DNA from: Diplonema japonicum
Lineage: Eukaryota > Protista > Euglenozoa: Diplonemea
Reading direction: 5' to 3'
DNA length: 64,000 nucleotides
Assembly: GCA_964019335.1 (NCBI GenBank)
Contig: OZ025712.1
Location: 372,001 to 436,000, forward strand
Below, piece by piece: positions 1 through 10,215 of the stretch (position 1 is its first letter; each line of letters begins with the position of its first letter). The notes beneath the pieces were generated by a model. The model did no database searches. It was not told the DNA's origin and saw nothing but the letters and a program-made list of their open reading frames with translations. Made by a program: the position numbers and the translations under genes.

Positions 1-948
1 CAAAAGCAGCTCCTCCTTGTGCTGAGCCGCTTCCCGCTGCTGTTCCCGCTCGCTGTTCTTCACCGCTTGCCGCATTTTTTCTATCTCGCTCTCACGTTCC
101 CGCCTCCTCTCCCGGTCCTCCTTTCTTTCCTTTTTCATTCGAAACATTTTTTTAATTTTAAGCGCACGGTCGGCAATATCAGCAAGCTCCACAGAACGAA
201 GGCTTGTTGCCAAATCGACAGGCACCTTCGAGTCAGATATCCTGATAGATGTAGCAAAGAGAAGGTACAGTGCATTGGTGTCGGATATTTTGAAGTGGAG
301 CACCATTCGCGACACGCTGAGGTGGTCGACAGTGAGAATGTGGGCGACGATGGTGTGACAATGTTCCTTAAGACGATTTCTAAGGACTGGGCTTGCCTGC
401 ACCGTGTGAACAGCATCGGGTGGAGCTTCCACTGTAACATGTCTTTTATACAAATCGACGTGCGTGTCCAAAACGCTGTGGACATTGTACCTAGACTCCA
501 CCATGAACAGTCCTGGTGACCAGGTCGCGCTGAGTACTGTGTCGTGAACGCCCTTAGGTTTTACGAATTTCTGTAGTAGCCCCCTTGGTTTTTCGGTGTG
601 GCTTACACTCAGGAACTGTCCAAGTGCATCGGGTGTGAGGTATCTTATGTCTTGCTTTACGCTGATGAAGACAGCGCACACCTCTCCTGGTCGGGTGCCG
701 TAGGTCATCATTGTCCTCACGATGTCCATTGTGCAGTCCTTTCCCACCCTCTTCTTCACCTCTGGTACGCCCTTCCGTTTCCCTCCCTTCTCGCAGACAT
801 ATATGGTCTTCACAAAGCCTTGCTCCAACAATACTGTGCACGGTACCAGTACCCTTGCTCCGTACAGGTCCTTGTTCTCCTTTGCCAGGTGGTCGAACAA
901 AGCCGGGCCGACACCATCGCCCTCTACTGGGTGGTTGTTCAGCACCAT
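1..948 (-). CDS. Hypothetical protein, 3' end runs off the window (MVLNNHPVEGDGVG...LLQKFVKPKG...WSPGLFMVESRYN...coiled coil)
   Basis: Manual translation gives an open frame from ATG 948 to position 1 with protein-like composition. It is absent from the ORF track because no stop lies in the window. Confidence 0.7.
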   Translation of the reverse strand, partial: MVLNNHPVEGDGVGPALFDHLAKENKDLYGARVLVPCTVLLEQGFVKTIYVCEKGGKRKGVPEVKKRVGKDCTMDIVRTMMTYGTRPGEVCAVFISVKQDIRYLTPDALGQFLSVSHTEKPRGLLQKFVKPKGVHDTVLSATWSPGLFMVESRYNVHSVLDTHVDLYKRHVTVEAPPDAVHTVQASPVLRNRLKEHCHTIVAHILTVDHLSVSRMVLHFKISDTNALYLLFATSIRISDSKVPVDLATSLRSVELADIADRALKIKKMFRMKKERKEDRERRRERESEIEKMRQAVKNSEREQQREAAQHKEELLL

Positions 949-1450
949 CGTGAGAACCCCCCCCTTTTTTTGTGTTCTCTTTTTTTTTGGGGGGGGGGCA
1001 AAAAGGGAGATTTTGAGCCGGGGGCCTGGAACCCAAAGAACAATGTCCGGGGGGGGGGGGGGGGGGGGGAAGGTGTCTTTGAAAGGAACCTGCAGTATGT
1101 GACCGGATCGCCTAAATAAAAAAAAAGAAAAAAAAGAGGAAAAAAACCGGTTCAAGTTAATCCAGCACTTTTGCATCTTGCGACGAAAACAAGAAGGCAG
1201 TCGAAAAAAGCTTCTGTCCGGGAATTGGTCAGGCCGCGTTGTGGTGTTGGCTCAGAAAATCTTTTTCTGGGTAATTTTGTCAATGCGACATCCCCACCCA
1301 ACCCACACTTCAGTAGTCTTTCAAAAAAGAAATAAACCTCAAAGACTTTAGAAAAAAAACCTCCCCCCAAAAAAAAAACGACGGATTACAATGATCTCAA
1401 AAATAAAGAAAAAATCCACTTTTTTTTTCTTTTTCTTTTCTTGTCGCAAC

Positions 1451-1903
1451 CTACAAACGGCGACCACGCCTACCACCCTTACGACGGGTGCAGTCGGTGG
1501 GAGTGGGGGTCACATCCTCGATACGGCCGATCTTGACACCGGCACGCGCAAGCGCGCGAAGTGCGGACTGGGCGCCGGGGCCGGGGGATTTGGTGCCGAC
1601 ACCACCGGTGGCCCTCAACTTGATGTGAAGCGCAGTGATACCGATCTCCTTGCAACGAGCGGCAACGTCCTGCGCGGCAAGCATTGCTGCGTAAGGGGAG
1701 GATTCGTCCCTGTCGGCCTTCACCTTCATTCCACCAGTGACACGCACGAAGGTCTCCCTCCCGCTCATATCGGTCACGTGCACGAACGTGTCGTTGAAGG
1801 ACGCGAAGATGTGGCACATCCCGAAAACCATGGTGTCGGCGTCCACGTTGGGCCCAAGCCTCGCGGCCTCCTCTTTCACTCTGACAACCTTCTTACCGGG
1901 CAT
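1451..1903 (-). CDS. RPS14: 40S ribosomal protein S14 (uS11)
   Basis: [43 protein letters not shown]...[11 protein letters not shown]. Probable 5'UTR intron 1927-1988 (GTACT..CAG). Confidence 0.98.
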   Translation of the reverse strand: MPGKKVVRVKEEAARLGPNVDADTMVFGMCHIFASFNDTFVHVTDMSGRETFVRVTGGMKVKADRDESSPYAAMLAAQDVAARCKEIGITALHIKLRATGGVGTKSPGPGAQSALRALARAGVKIGRIEDVTPTPTDCTRRKGGRRGRRL

Positions 1904-3418
1904 CTTTGATGTATTGACGAAACTGGCTGTGCGTTTCTTTTTTTTTCTTTTTTTTTTCTTTTGAATATCAGAAAAAGAGAAGAAGTACGTCCACGAAAGT
2001 AGACTTTTTTTTTTCCTAAGGGGGAAAAAAAAAGTTTTTTTCTGACTTTATATCAAGAAGGCGCAGGGGAGGGGGGGGAAAAAAAAGGGGGGGGGATCTT
2101 CTTTCTCCGGCCACACAATACTTCAAAGTCTAAATCAATCATTCTTTTCTTTTTTTTTTTTCCGTAAGGGATAACAATTTATAAAGGGGAATAAAGATCC
2201 TTTCAGACCCCCCTGCAGGTCCTATTTGTGCATGCTCAGGCCCGTATGGGGGGGGGGGGACAAAGGGGGTAATTGGCATGAGTAACGCGTAACGCGTCAC
2301 ATGTACCAAAGTAAAGTAAATGTAGCTGGGAAGTTGTGGGTTGCTGAGATTTTCAGACATGCTCTCTTTTTTTTTCTTCTTTTTCTTTTTTCTTCTGCTT
2401 CTTGGCCACGTCTGACACGGGAGGATTTGAAGGTAAGAAAGAAAACCTAACAGAAACGGAAAAGAAATTCTCATTTCATCGTTTCACTCACCACGCCTTT
2501 CCCAAACTGAGATGAGAATAGACCAATGATGAAAACTAAAGAAAGAAAGGGGGTGGGATAGAGGAGGTCACTGTGATGGAAGAAGTTAGTCACCCCCCCC
2601 CCCCCCCCCCCCATCTATATCAAAAGCACGGCAGGAGACTGCTCGCAGACGTTCAAGAAAGAAAACACTTTCTGCCACCCCTTGGAAAAGGAGCGGGTCC
2701 TTCCCCTGTTCTTTTTTTTTTTTTGTCTAATCAGGTCGTCCACGCCCCTGTTGGCTTGGGCAGCTGCTTAGCTTTCGACAATGTATGCAGGGTTGAGTTA
2801 AAGCTTCTGGGAATCCTGTTCTTTGGCGACATGGTTGGACTTGACACCCTCATGGACTTCAACCTTTTTGCTCGGGGTGACACATTCTCCTGATTTTTTT
2901 TTTTTTTTTTGCTTTTTTGAGAAAACTCCCGAGCACACACCATTGAGTCTAAAAGCAGATCTACATTTCGAAACAAGGTGGATAGCAATGTCATCGGGAG
3001 ATCGTCTTCATGCGATCTCCTGAATGACTTGTGAGATGTTTTTGAAGCAAGCCGTGAGGTCCTCCGCGGGAGAGGCGACTCTGATGAAGCGACACTGTGT
3101 TGTTGTTGTTGTTGTTGTGGTTTTATAACTATATACAACTTGTGCCGAGCAAAAAACTTTCACAGCTTTTTAAAAACCTTTTTGCTCGTGCGAACAACAA
3201 AGACATATAGTCATAAAATTATCTATTTTTTCTTTTGTGCTTGCCCAGAAACAAAGATTGCCGGGTTCTCTTTAGCTATTGTTTACAACCCTGCTCGGCC
3301 TCTCAGGACCTCCCAGAAACCTTAAAAGATACCCCCCAGCTCCCCCCCCAGCTCTGGATATCTAGATGTCAAGGAACTTAATTTTCATGCAAAGGCATTA
3401 TGGTCAAGTGAATTTTCG

Positions 3419-5456
3419 TTACCTTTCTAAAAACGAAGAGCCACTTGCAAACACCCCCTTGCTGCTTAGCTTTTTCCTCGGGCTCACAGTCGATGAGCAG
3501 GCACTTGTCCGTTCTTCACTGCACCCATCTGTCACCACTGACTCTGTGTCATCAGTGTCCGACACTGACACCGAGTCCCTGTGGAACAGGTCCCCTGACT
3601 GTGCACCGCACAGCGTCATGTGCAACGTTTTCCTGTAGTGTGGTGCGTCCTGTGGCCGTGTGTGTGTATACTTCCGTCTTATCTGGTCTTCCGTGTTTAT
3701 TGATTTGGTCGCGCCTATTGTATCCTTTGAGGCCATCGATCTGTGGTGTTTGTCTGTATGCTTATAAGTTCCATACGGCTTCTTTCGTGATGCCACCGAC
3801 ACGGACTGGATGGATTCCAGGAGAGCAGGGAAGTTGTCAACAATGTTGAGGAAGGCGGCCTGTTGTGTTGTGTTGTGTTGTGTTGTGTTGTGTTGTGTTG
3901 TTTTGTAGCACCCATACCTTGTCAAGCCTGAAGAGCTGGCAGTAGGTCAAGGACTTGATGGAGGCCGAGCGTCGTGTCTCCTCGAGGAGGGCCACCTCTC
4001 CAAAGACCCCACCGCGTTTGATAGTTGCGATCCACTTCCCGCTCCCTGAGACGGGGAGCCAGACCCCGCACATCCCGTGGAACAGGAAGAACATCTCCTC
4101 CCCTTCCTCCCCTGCGATCACGATGTACTCTTCCGGGGGGACCACCACGTTGATGAGGGACTGCGCGAGCTTCGCGACGCAGATCTCGGGAGCCTTTGAG
4201 AATATGGGGACCTGCCGCACGATCTTCATCCTCGCGTACAACGCCATGCGGTCCTGCATCACCTGCGGGAGCCCCGACACCGCGTCGTTGAAGAGGGAGT
4301 TCGAGTGCTTCAAGCGGTGCAGTTGGAAAGCGAGCACCTCCTCCTTGAAGTCCTGCGGGATGGTGAGGTGGTTCAGAGCGGCGAGCGTCTCCAGCATCCG
4401 CTTGTCGCTGTCCGTCTGAAGGTCCGCTTGCTGCGAGAACTGCACCAGCTTCCCCACCACCAGCCCTGTCACCACGCTCGCACAGCAGAAAAGGAACACT
4501 GCGAAGCATCTCTGAATGTCAGTCTCGACTGTGATGTCCCCGTAGCCTGTCGTCGTCAACGTGTAGACAACGAAGTAAACTGCCTCGATGTAGGGGACGT
4601 CTAACCCAGGAGAGATCAGGATCCACGTTACCGACAGCAGGTGCACCACAATCATCGCCCAGAAGACAATCCGGATGAGGGGGACGATGCTGAAGTGGAA
4701 CCTCGTGTAGGCGGGGGACAGGATGTCCCTTGCAGACAGCTTGAATAGGTGCCGCACGCAGAAGGCCTTCATGAGCCGCAGGTGCTGTGCTGCCCGCATC
4801 GGCCGTGGCTGCCCCGTCGCCATGAAGATGCAGTCCAAGGGGAAGGCGGCGATGAAATCGAGGAGGAACTTATTCGAGTGAAGGTAGCCTTTCATCGCGA
4901 AGTTCAAGTTGTCGACGGGGAGGGTGTCGCTGTCTTCAGGAGGGTGGCTTGTCACAGCGCCTCGGAACAAGTCCAGCGCCATGACAGCTGCCCAGAACAC
5001 CTTCATGGGAACCGCCTGCAGAATGTCCGCCTGCTTCACATCCTCGTAGATCACCATCCCGATGTAGAAGACCACTGCCCCCATCACGATCAGGTCGCAC
5101 GCCCAGTTCACAGGGTCGTCGGGACGGAGCACGAACTTGGTTTTGGACGCCGTTTGGAGCTCCTTGAAGACGGTCCTGCCACCCTCTAGAAGTGTCAACT
5201 GGTTCGCCTCCCGGTGACGCGACATGAGCTGCAGGAACTCGGGGAAGTCGATCCCACCGCTCCCGTCGATGTCCACCGACTGGAACAGCAGGTGCAGCTC
5301 AGACTCCGAAAGGAACACCCCCATTCGGGGCATCAGGTCCGCCAGCTCCTTCTCATTGATCGTCCCAGTCCCCTCGCTGTCCAGCAGACGGAACAATGTC
5401 TCGAACTTCGACGCCTCAGCCGAGGAGATGCCCCGCACCATCACGCCCTGCTCCAT
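3419..5456 (-). CDS. EF-hand + 6TM K+ channel + cyclic-nucleotide-binding domain protein, copy 1 (multi-exon)
   Basis: EF-hands DSEGTGTINEKE and DIDGSGGIDFPE; pore TLTTTGYGD; CNBD FGEVALL..RRSASI. Intron 3860-3917 (GTATG..CAG) joins to the 3419-3925 frame. Likely in-frame introns 3741-3776 and 3633-3671. The 3' end is uncertain and may continue into the 2731-3138 ORF. Confidence 0.85.
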
Positions 5457-6693
5457 CTTGACCCGTGGGCGCCCAGCCTACTCCATACAAGGTGTGGTCC
5501 CTGAGCTGATGGTAAGTGACGGTAAAGCATGGAAACAATATACTCACAAACCAAGAGAGAAAGGTGAACCAAAACAAAAGGAAAGGAAAGGTGCAAAAGG
5601 AATTAGTGGAAACTAATTTTTCTCTTTTCTTCCCCCCCCCCCCCTCTTTGTAATAATACCTTGCAACCTAAAAAAATCAGAACTTTTTTTTTCCAGGATT
5701 AGCTTTCATCGGGGGGGGGGGGGGGGGGGGGAAGCGGGAAGAGGGAAGGGGGGTCTGTCTACTTCATTTGTTGACTTAGAAAATTAATGGGGCTTTGGTT
5801 GCAACACATTTGGCGTTAAGTGTGCAGCGTGGTTGTGGAGGGTCTATCTTGTGTTGTTACCCTTCTGCGTTGCTGTATTTTTATCGGCAAAAATGGGGTG
5901 GTTTTTATGAGTCAATGTTTCCAAGTGTGTGATTTGGTTCCTCGCTGTCTGTTGCGTGCTGCATTGTGCGCTCGCCTGCTTCGTGAACCAGGAGAGACAG
6001 ATGTCACACCCAATACAGAATCGCCTAGCTTTCTCTGACTAGATCTGAACGTGGGGAGGGAGTTTGGTCGATCCTAAAACCCTAAAAAGTAGCCAGGAAA
6101 CACAGAGACTCTCGCAAAAATTTTACACGCACAACCGGGAATAACCTCTAGAAGGACAGGCCAACCAATGCACTATACCACTACTCCTTTAGCAATAACA
6201 ATTCATAATCAATAATGAGTTTGTCCGGATTAAAATGTCAACAATTTCAGGACTAAGACGGCTTCTGGGGCAATACAATTGGCCGCTTTTGATAGCCAGT
6301 GGAAAAAATTGTAGGTTACAGTACTTTCAAGGAAAAAGAAGAAGGAGGAAAGAGAGAAGAGAGAGAGAAAAAAAGAATAAAAGGGGAAGAAGAGTAAACT
6401 AAGATTTTGGTGCTCCATTTGTTACAATAAGACAAAAAAAAAAAAAAGGGTTTTAAGTGGGGGGTTTTTCTTGTGTTGTTACCCTTCTGCGTCGCTGCAT
6501 TTTTATCGGCAGATGGCCGGCACGAACTTGTTGTCCCAGACGTCCCTCCCCGGTGAGCCGGTTGCGGGTCGCTGTTCAAGGATTAAGCGCACCTTGTCGC
6601 ACGATGCGAATGTAGGCCTGCGGGAATACCCTCGGATCCGTTTGTTTGCACCAATGGATCGGAGGGAGGATGGAAAAAAAAAAAAAAAAAAAA

Positions 6694-7020
6694 ATGGGGC
6701 TTTGATTGCAACACTAGATGGCGTTAAGCGTGCAATGAAGCACGAACTACCTACTTGAATACAGGGGGCGCTCCTCGGCCGAGCAGTAGCTTCTTCTGCG
6801 TTCCGCGTCGTGTCCTTAATGCGTGCGGTGTGCTCAACCCTAGCCGGGGCGTCCCGGGTAACCAAGATTCTGCGCTCGTGCAGTTTGCTGCCTGTTCGTC
6901 ACCCTGAGCATCTGCGTTACGTTCTTCCACCCGGGCGCTACCGGTGATGACCGACGAGGAGGTCAACAGCGAACAACACATCTGATGTACTTCTTATATT
7001 TCCATGTTATCCCCACCACC
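6694..7020 (-). mobile_element. ~330-nt SINE-like non-coding element with 5' HDV-like ribozyme (most intact copy)
   Basis: Homologous copies at 5787-5826 and 52704-52858 (5'-truncated, same 3' end ..GCCCCAT) and at 59560-59860, 60139-60264 and 61373-61849 (opposite orientation). The body forms long hairpins. Confidence 0.75.
6887..7020 (-). ncRNA. HDV-like self-cleaving ribozyme (predicted)
   Basis: P1 GGUGGUG/CAUCACC; P2 GCUGUUG/CAGGCAGC (one bulge); P3 ACC/GGU; L3 UCCUCGUC; P1.1 CC/GG; P4 CGCCC/GGGUG; J4/2 aCGAA with putative catalytic C at 6898. Confidence 0.75.
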
Positions 7021-7134
7021 TTAAAAAAAAAACAAGAAAAAAAACCGCCTCTTGCCATTTCCCCTATTGAGTCGTTGCAGCATTGTCATCAAAGTAATCA
7101 AAGCCGGACTTTTTTTTTACCACCCCCTTTTTTT

Positions 7135-7173
<39 letters not shown>

Positions 7174-7819
7174 GGAAACGAAGTAAAGGGTATTGTTTAC
7201 GTTTGCAATAAAAATCAGCCGCGGAAAAGACTCCGGAAATAACAGCGCGTAAAAACCAACGCCCAAGGGCGGGTGGATGTGGCTTGTTTTGGTGTTTGTG
7301 CCAGGTGTACTTGCCTTGCGGCATGCGTCATGGAAACCCTGTCATTTTCTAAACCAGACCACACCCAGGAGGGGGGGTCTTATAATGATGGGAATCGAAA
7401 AAATGGCTTTAGCCTTTCTTATTTCTTCGGGTTGAGGTGCAGTATCGAAGAGATCTTCATCGTTGGCAGGGCTTTGCAACTACCAGTGCGGGATGGATTG
7501 TCTTCAACAACCAAATTCTTCGCTGCTTCCGACAGAGCCGACTCGATCCTTTGGTTCAGAGCTTGGACTCTGTCCTGGATGCTGCAAAGCTCCCCACTAT
7601 TTTGCGCTATCACAATAGATTTCCGCTTCCGAGCTCTTCCATCGTGATCACTGAACCTGTGTGTGTGTGTGTTTGTGTGTGTTTGTGTGTGTTCACTGAT
7701 GTGCCCCCTTGCCCGCACACATACTTCTCGGATATATATTTACTTATGTCTTTCTGCAGATCAGACTGTGTCATACGGTTCTTTGGTGTCGGCACCTCAG
7801 GAGGTGTTGTTTGGGGTTT

Positions 7820-7860
<41 letters not shown>

Positions 7861-7990
7861 GTGAAGAGACATTTAATTAAAAAAAAGAAACTACTGTAAA
7901 ACGAAAAATTACCGGAAGGAAAAATCTTCCGGTCGGCCAGGGCTTCCGGACAAGCAACAATTCTATACTTTTGGCCACGTAGGGCTTGTT

Positions 7991-9721
7991 CTACATTTTG
8001 TATAGCCCCATCATCTTCAAGAAGAGAAATAATATACCCCACACCCACACATACGTGTACTGCAGCACAACTGACACGGACTGGATGGATTCCAGGAGAG
8101 CAGGGAAGTTGTCAACAATGTTGAGGAAGGCGGCCTGTTGTGTTGTGTTGTTTTGTAGCACCCATACCTTGTCAAGCCTGAAGAGCTGGCAGTAGGTCAA
8201 GGACTTGATGGAGGCCGAGCGTCGTGTCTCCTCGAGGAGGGCCACCTCTCCAAAGACCCCACCGCGTTTGATAGTTGCGATCCACTTCCCGCTCCCTGAG
8301 ACGGGGAGCCAGACCCCGCACATCCCGTGGAACAGGAAGAACATCTCCTCCCCTTCCTCCCCTGCGATCACGATGTACTCTTCCGGGGGGACCACCACGT
8401 TGATGAGGGACTGCGCGAGCTTCGCGACGCAGATCTCGGGAGCCTTTGAGAATATGGGGACCTGCCGCACGATCTTCATCCTCGCGTACAACGCCATGCG
8501 GTCCTGCATCACCTGCGGGAGCCCCGACACCGCGTCGTTGAAGAGGGAGTTCGAGTGCTTCAAGCGGTGCAGTTGGAAAGCGAGCACCTCCTCCTTGAAG
8601 TCCTGCGGGATGGTGAGGTGGTTCAGAGCGGCGAGCGTCTCCAGCATCCGCTTGTCGCTGTCCGTCTGAAGGTCCGCTTGCTGCGAGAACTGCACCAGCT
8701 TCCCCACCACCAGCCCTGTCACCACGCTCGCACAGCAGAAAAGGAACACTGCGAAGCATCTCTGAATGTCAGTCTCGACTGTGATGTCCCCGTAGCCTGT
8801 CGTCGTCAACGTGTAGACAACGAAGTAAACTGCCTCGATGTAGGGGACGTCTAACCCAGGAGAGATCAGGATCCACGTTACCGACAGCAGGTGCACCACA
8901 ATCATCGCCCAGAAGACAATCCGGATGAGGGGGACGATGCTGAAGTGGAACCTCGTGTAGGCGGGGGACAGGATGTCCCTTGCAGACAGCTTGAATAGGT
9001 GCCGCACGCAGAAGGCCTTCATGAGCCGCAGGTGCTGTGCTGCCCGCATCGGCCGTGGCTGCCCCGTCGCCATGAAGATGCAGTCCAAGGGGAAGGCGGC
9101 GATGAAATCGAGGAGGAACTTATTCGAGTGAAGGTAGCCTTTCATCGCGAAGTTCAAGTTGTCGACGGGGAGGGTGTCGCTGTCTTCAGGAGGGTGGCTT
9201 GTCACAGCGCCTCGGAACAAGTCCAGCGCCATGACAGCTGCCCAGAACACCTTCATGGGAACCGCCTGCAGAATGTCCGCCTGCTTCACATCCTCGTAGA
9301 TCACCATCCCGATGTAGAAGACCACTGCCCCCATCACGATCAGGTCGCACGCCCAGTTCACAGGGTCGTCGGGACGGAGCACGAACTTGGTTTTGGACGC
9401 CGTTTGGAGCTCCTTGAAGACGGTCCTGCCACCCTCTAGAAGTGTCAACTGGTTCGCCTCCCGGTGACGCGACATGAGCTGCAGGAACTCGGGGAAGTCG
9501 ATCCCACCGCTCCCGTCGATGTCCACCGACTGGAACAGCAGGTGCAGCTCAGACTCCGAAAGGAACACCCCCATTCGGGGCATCAGGTCCGCCAGCTCCT
9601 TCTCATTGATCGTCCCAGTCCCCTCGCTGTCCAGCAGACGGAACAATGTCTCGAACTTCGACGCCTCAGCCGAGGAGATGCCCTTCACAATCACACCCGG
9701 AATAGTGATTCCCGCCTCCAT
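7991..9721 (-). CDS. EF-hand + K+ channel + cNMP-binding protein, copy 2 (multi-exon)
   Basis: Core is identical to copy 1 (offset 4250). In-frame 33-nt intron 8135-8167. Likely start MEAGITIPG at 9721. Further 3' exons probably extend to the stop at 7419. Confidence 0.85.
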   Translation of the reverse strand: MEAGITIPGVIVKGISSAEASKFETLFRLLDSEGTGTINEKELADLMPRMGVFLSESELHLLFQSVDIDGSGGIDFPEFLQLMSRHREANQLTLLEGGRTVFKELQTASKTKFVLRPDDPVNWACDLIVMGAVVFYIGMVIYEDVKQADILQAVPMKVFWAAVMALDLFRGAVTSHPPEDSDTLPVDNLNFAMKGYLHSNKFLLDFIAAFPLDCIFMATGQPRPMRAAQHLRLMKAFCVRHLFKLSARDILSPAYTRFHFSIVPLIRIVFWAMIVVHLLSVTWILISPGLDVPYIEAVYFVVYTLTTTGYGDITVETDIQRCFAVFLFCCASVVTGLVVGKLVQFSQQADLQTDSDKRMLETLAALNHLTIPQDFKEEVLAFQLHRLKHSNSLFNDAVSGLPQVMQDRMALYARMKIVRQVPIFSKAPEICVAKLAQSLINVVVPPEEYIVIAGEEGEEMFFLFHGMCGVWLPVSGSGKWIATIKRGGVFGEVALLEETRRSASIKSLTYCQLFRLDKVWVLQNNTTQQAAFLNIVDNFPALLESIQSVSVVLQYTYVWVWGILFLFLKMMGLYKM

Positions 9722-10215
9722 CTTGCCGAAGAGGGCAAGACGGCCTTCGGGCACCTGTGATGAGTGACATGAGACATGAGACATGCGGCAACGATGAATA
9801 AAAACAATGACCGCAACAAGGAACAAAAGGAAGAAATAAAAAAGGAAAGAAAAGAGAAAGACAGCCACTCACGAACAAACAGACGTAAGGTGCGTATATG
9901 TTGTCTTTATTCATTTACCTCTTCTTTTTTTTTTTTTTTTTTTTTTTTTTTCCCTTATTTGTCTCTCTTTTTTTCTCTTTTTCCTTCCTTTTGAAAAAAA
10001 AAAAATTCCCCCCTGCTTCCGCCTGCCCAACGAACGAGAAACACTGGGCATGATGGAAACGTGCTGCCAATATACCGTTGGGTCAGGCGCCACGATTTTA
10101 TGAACACTGTAAAGTACCGAAATAAATAGAGGGGGGGAGATAACTGATAGAGGACAAAAAAAAGAAGAAGAAAAAAAAACGGGAAATATCTGATGTCTGT
10201 CTTGCAAGGAACGGT

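Noticed and set aside
6517-6617. Possible plus-strand HDV-like fold (GGCCGGC/GCCGGTT, gCGAA), also resembling group II intron domain 5
   Set aside because: P3 and P1.1 do not form, and the 3' arm of D5 is missing. At most a decayed relic.
6830-6845. AACCCTA bulge as a telomerase template; CCTAAAACCCTAAAA at about 6073 as telomeric
   Set aside because: Too short, and not conserved among element copies.
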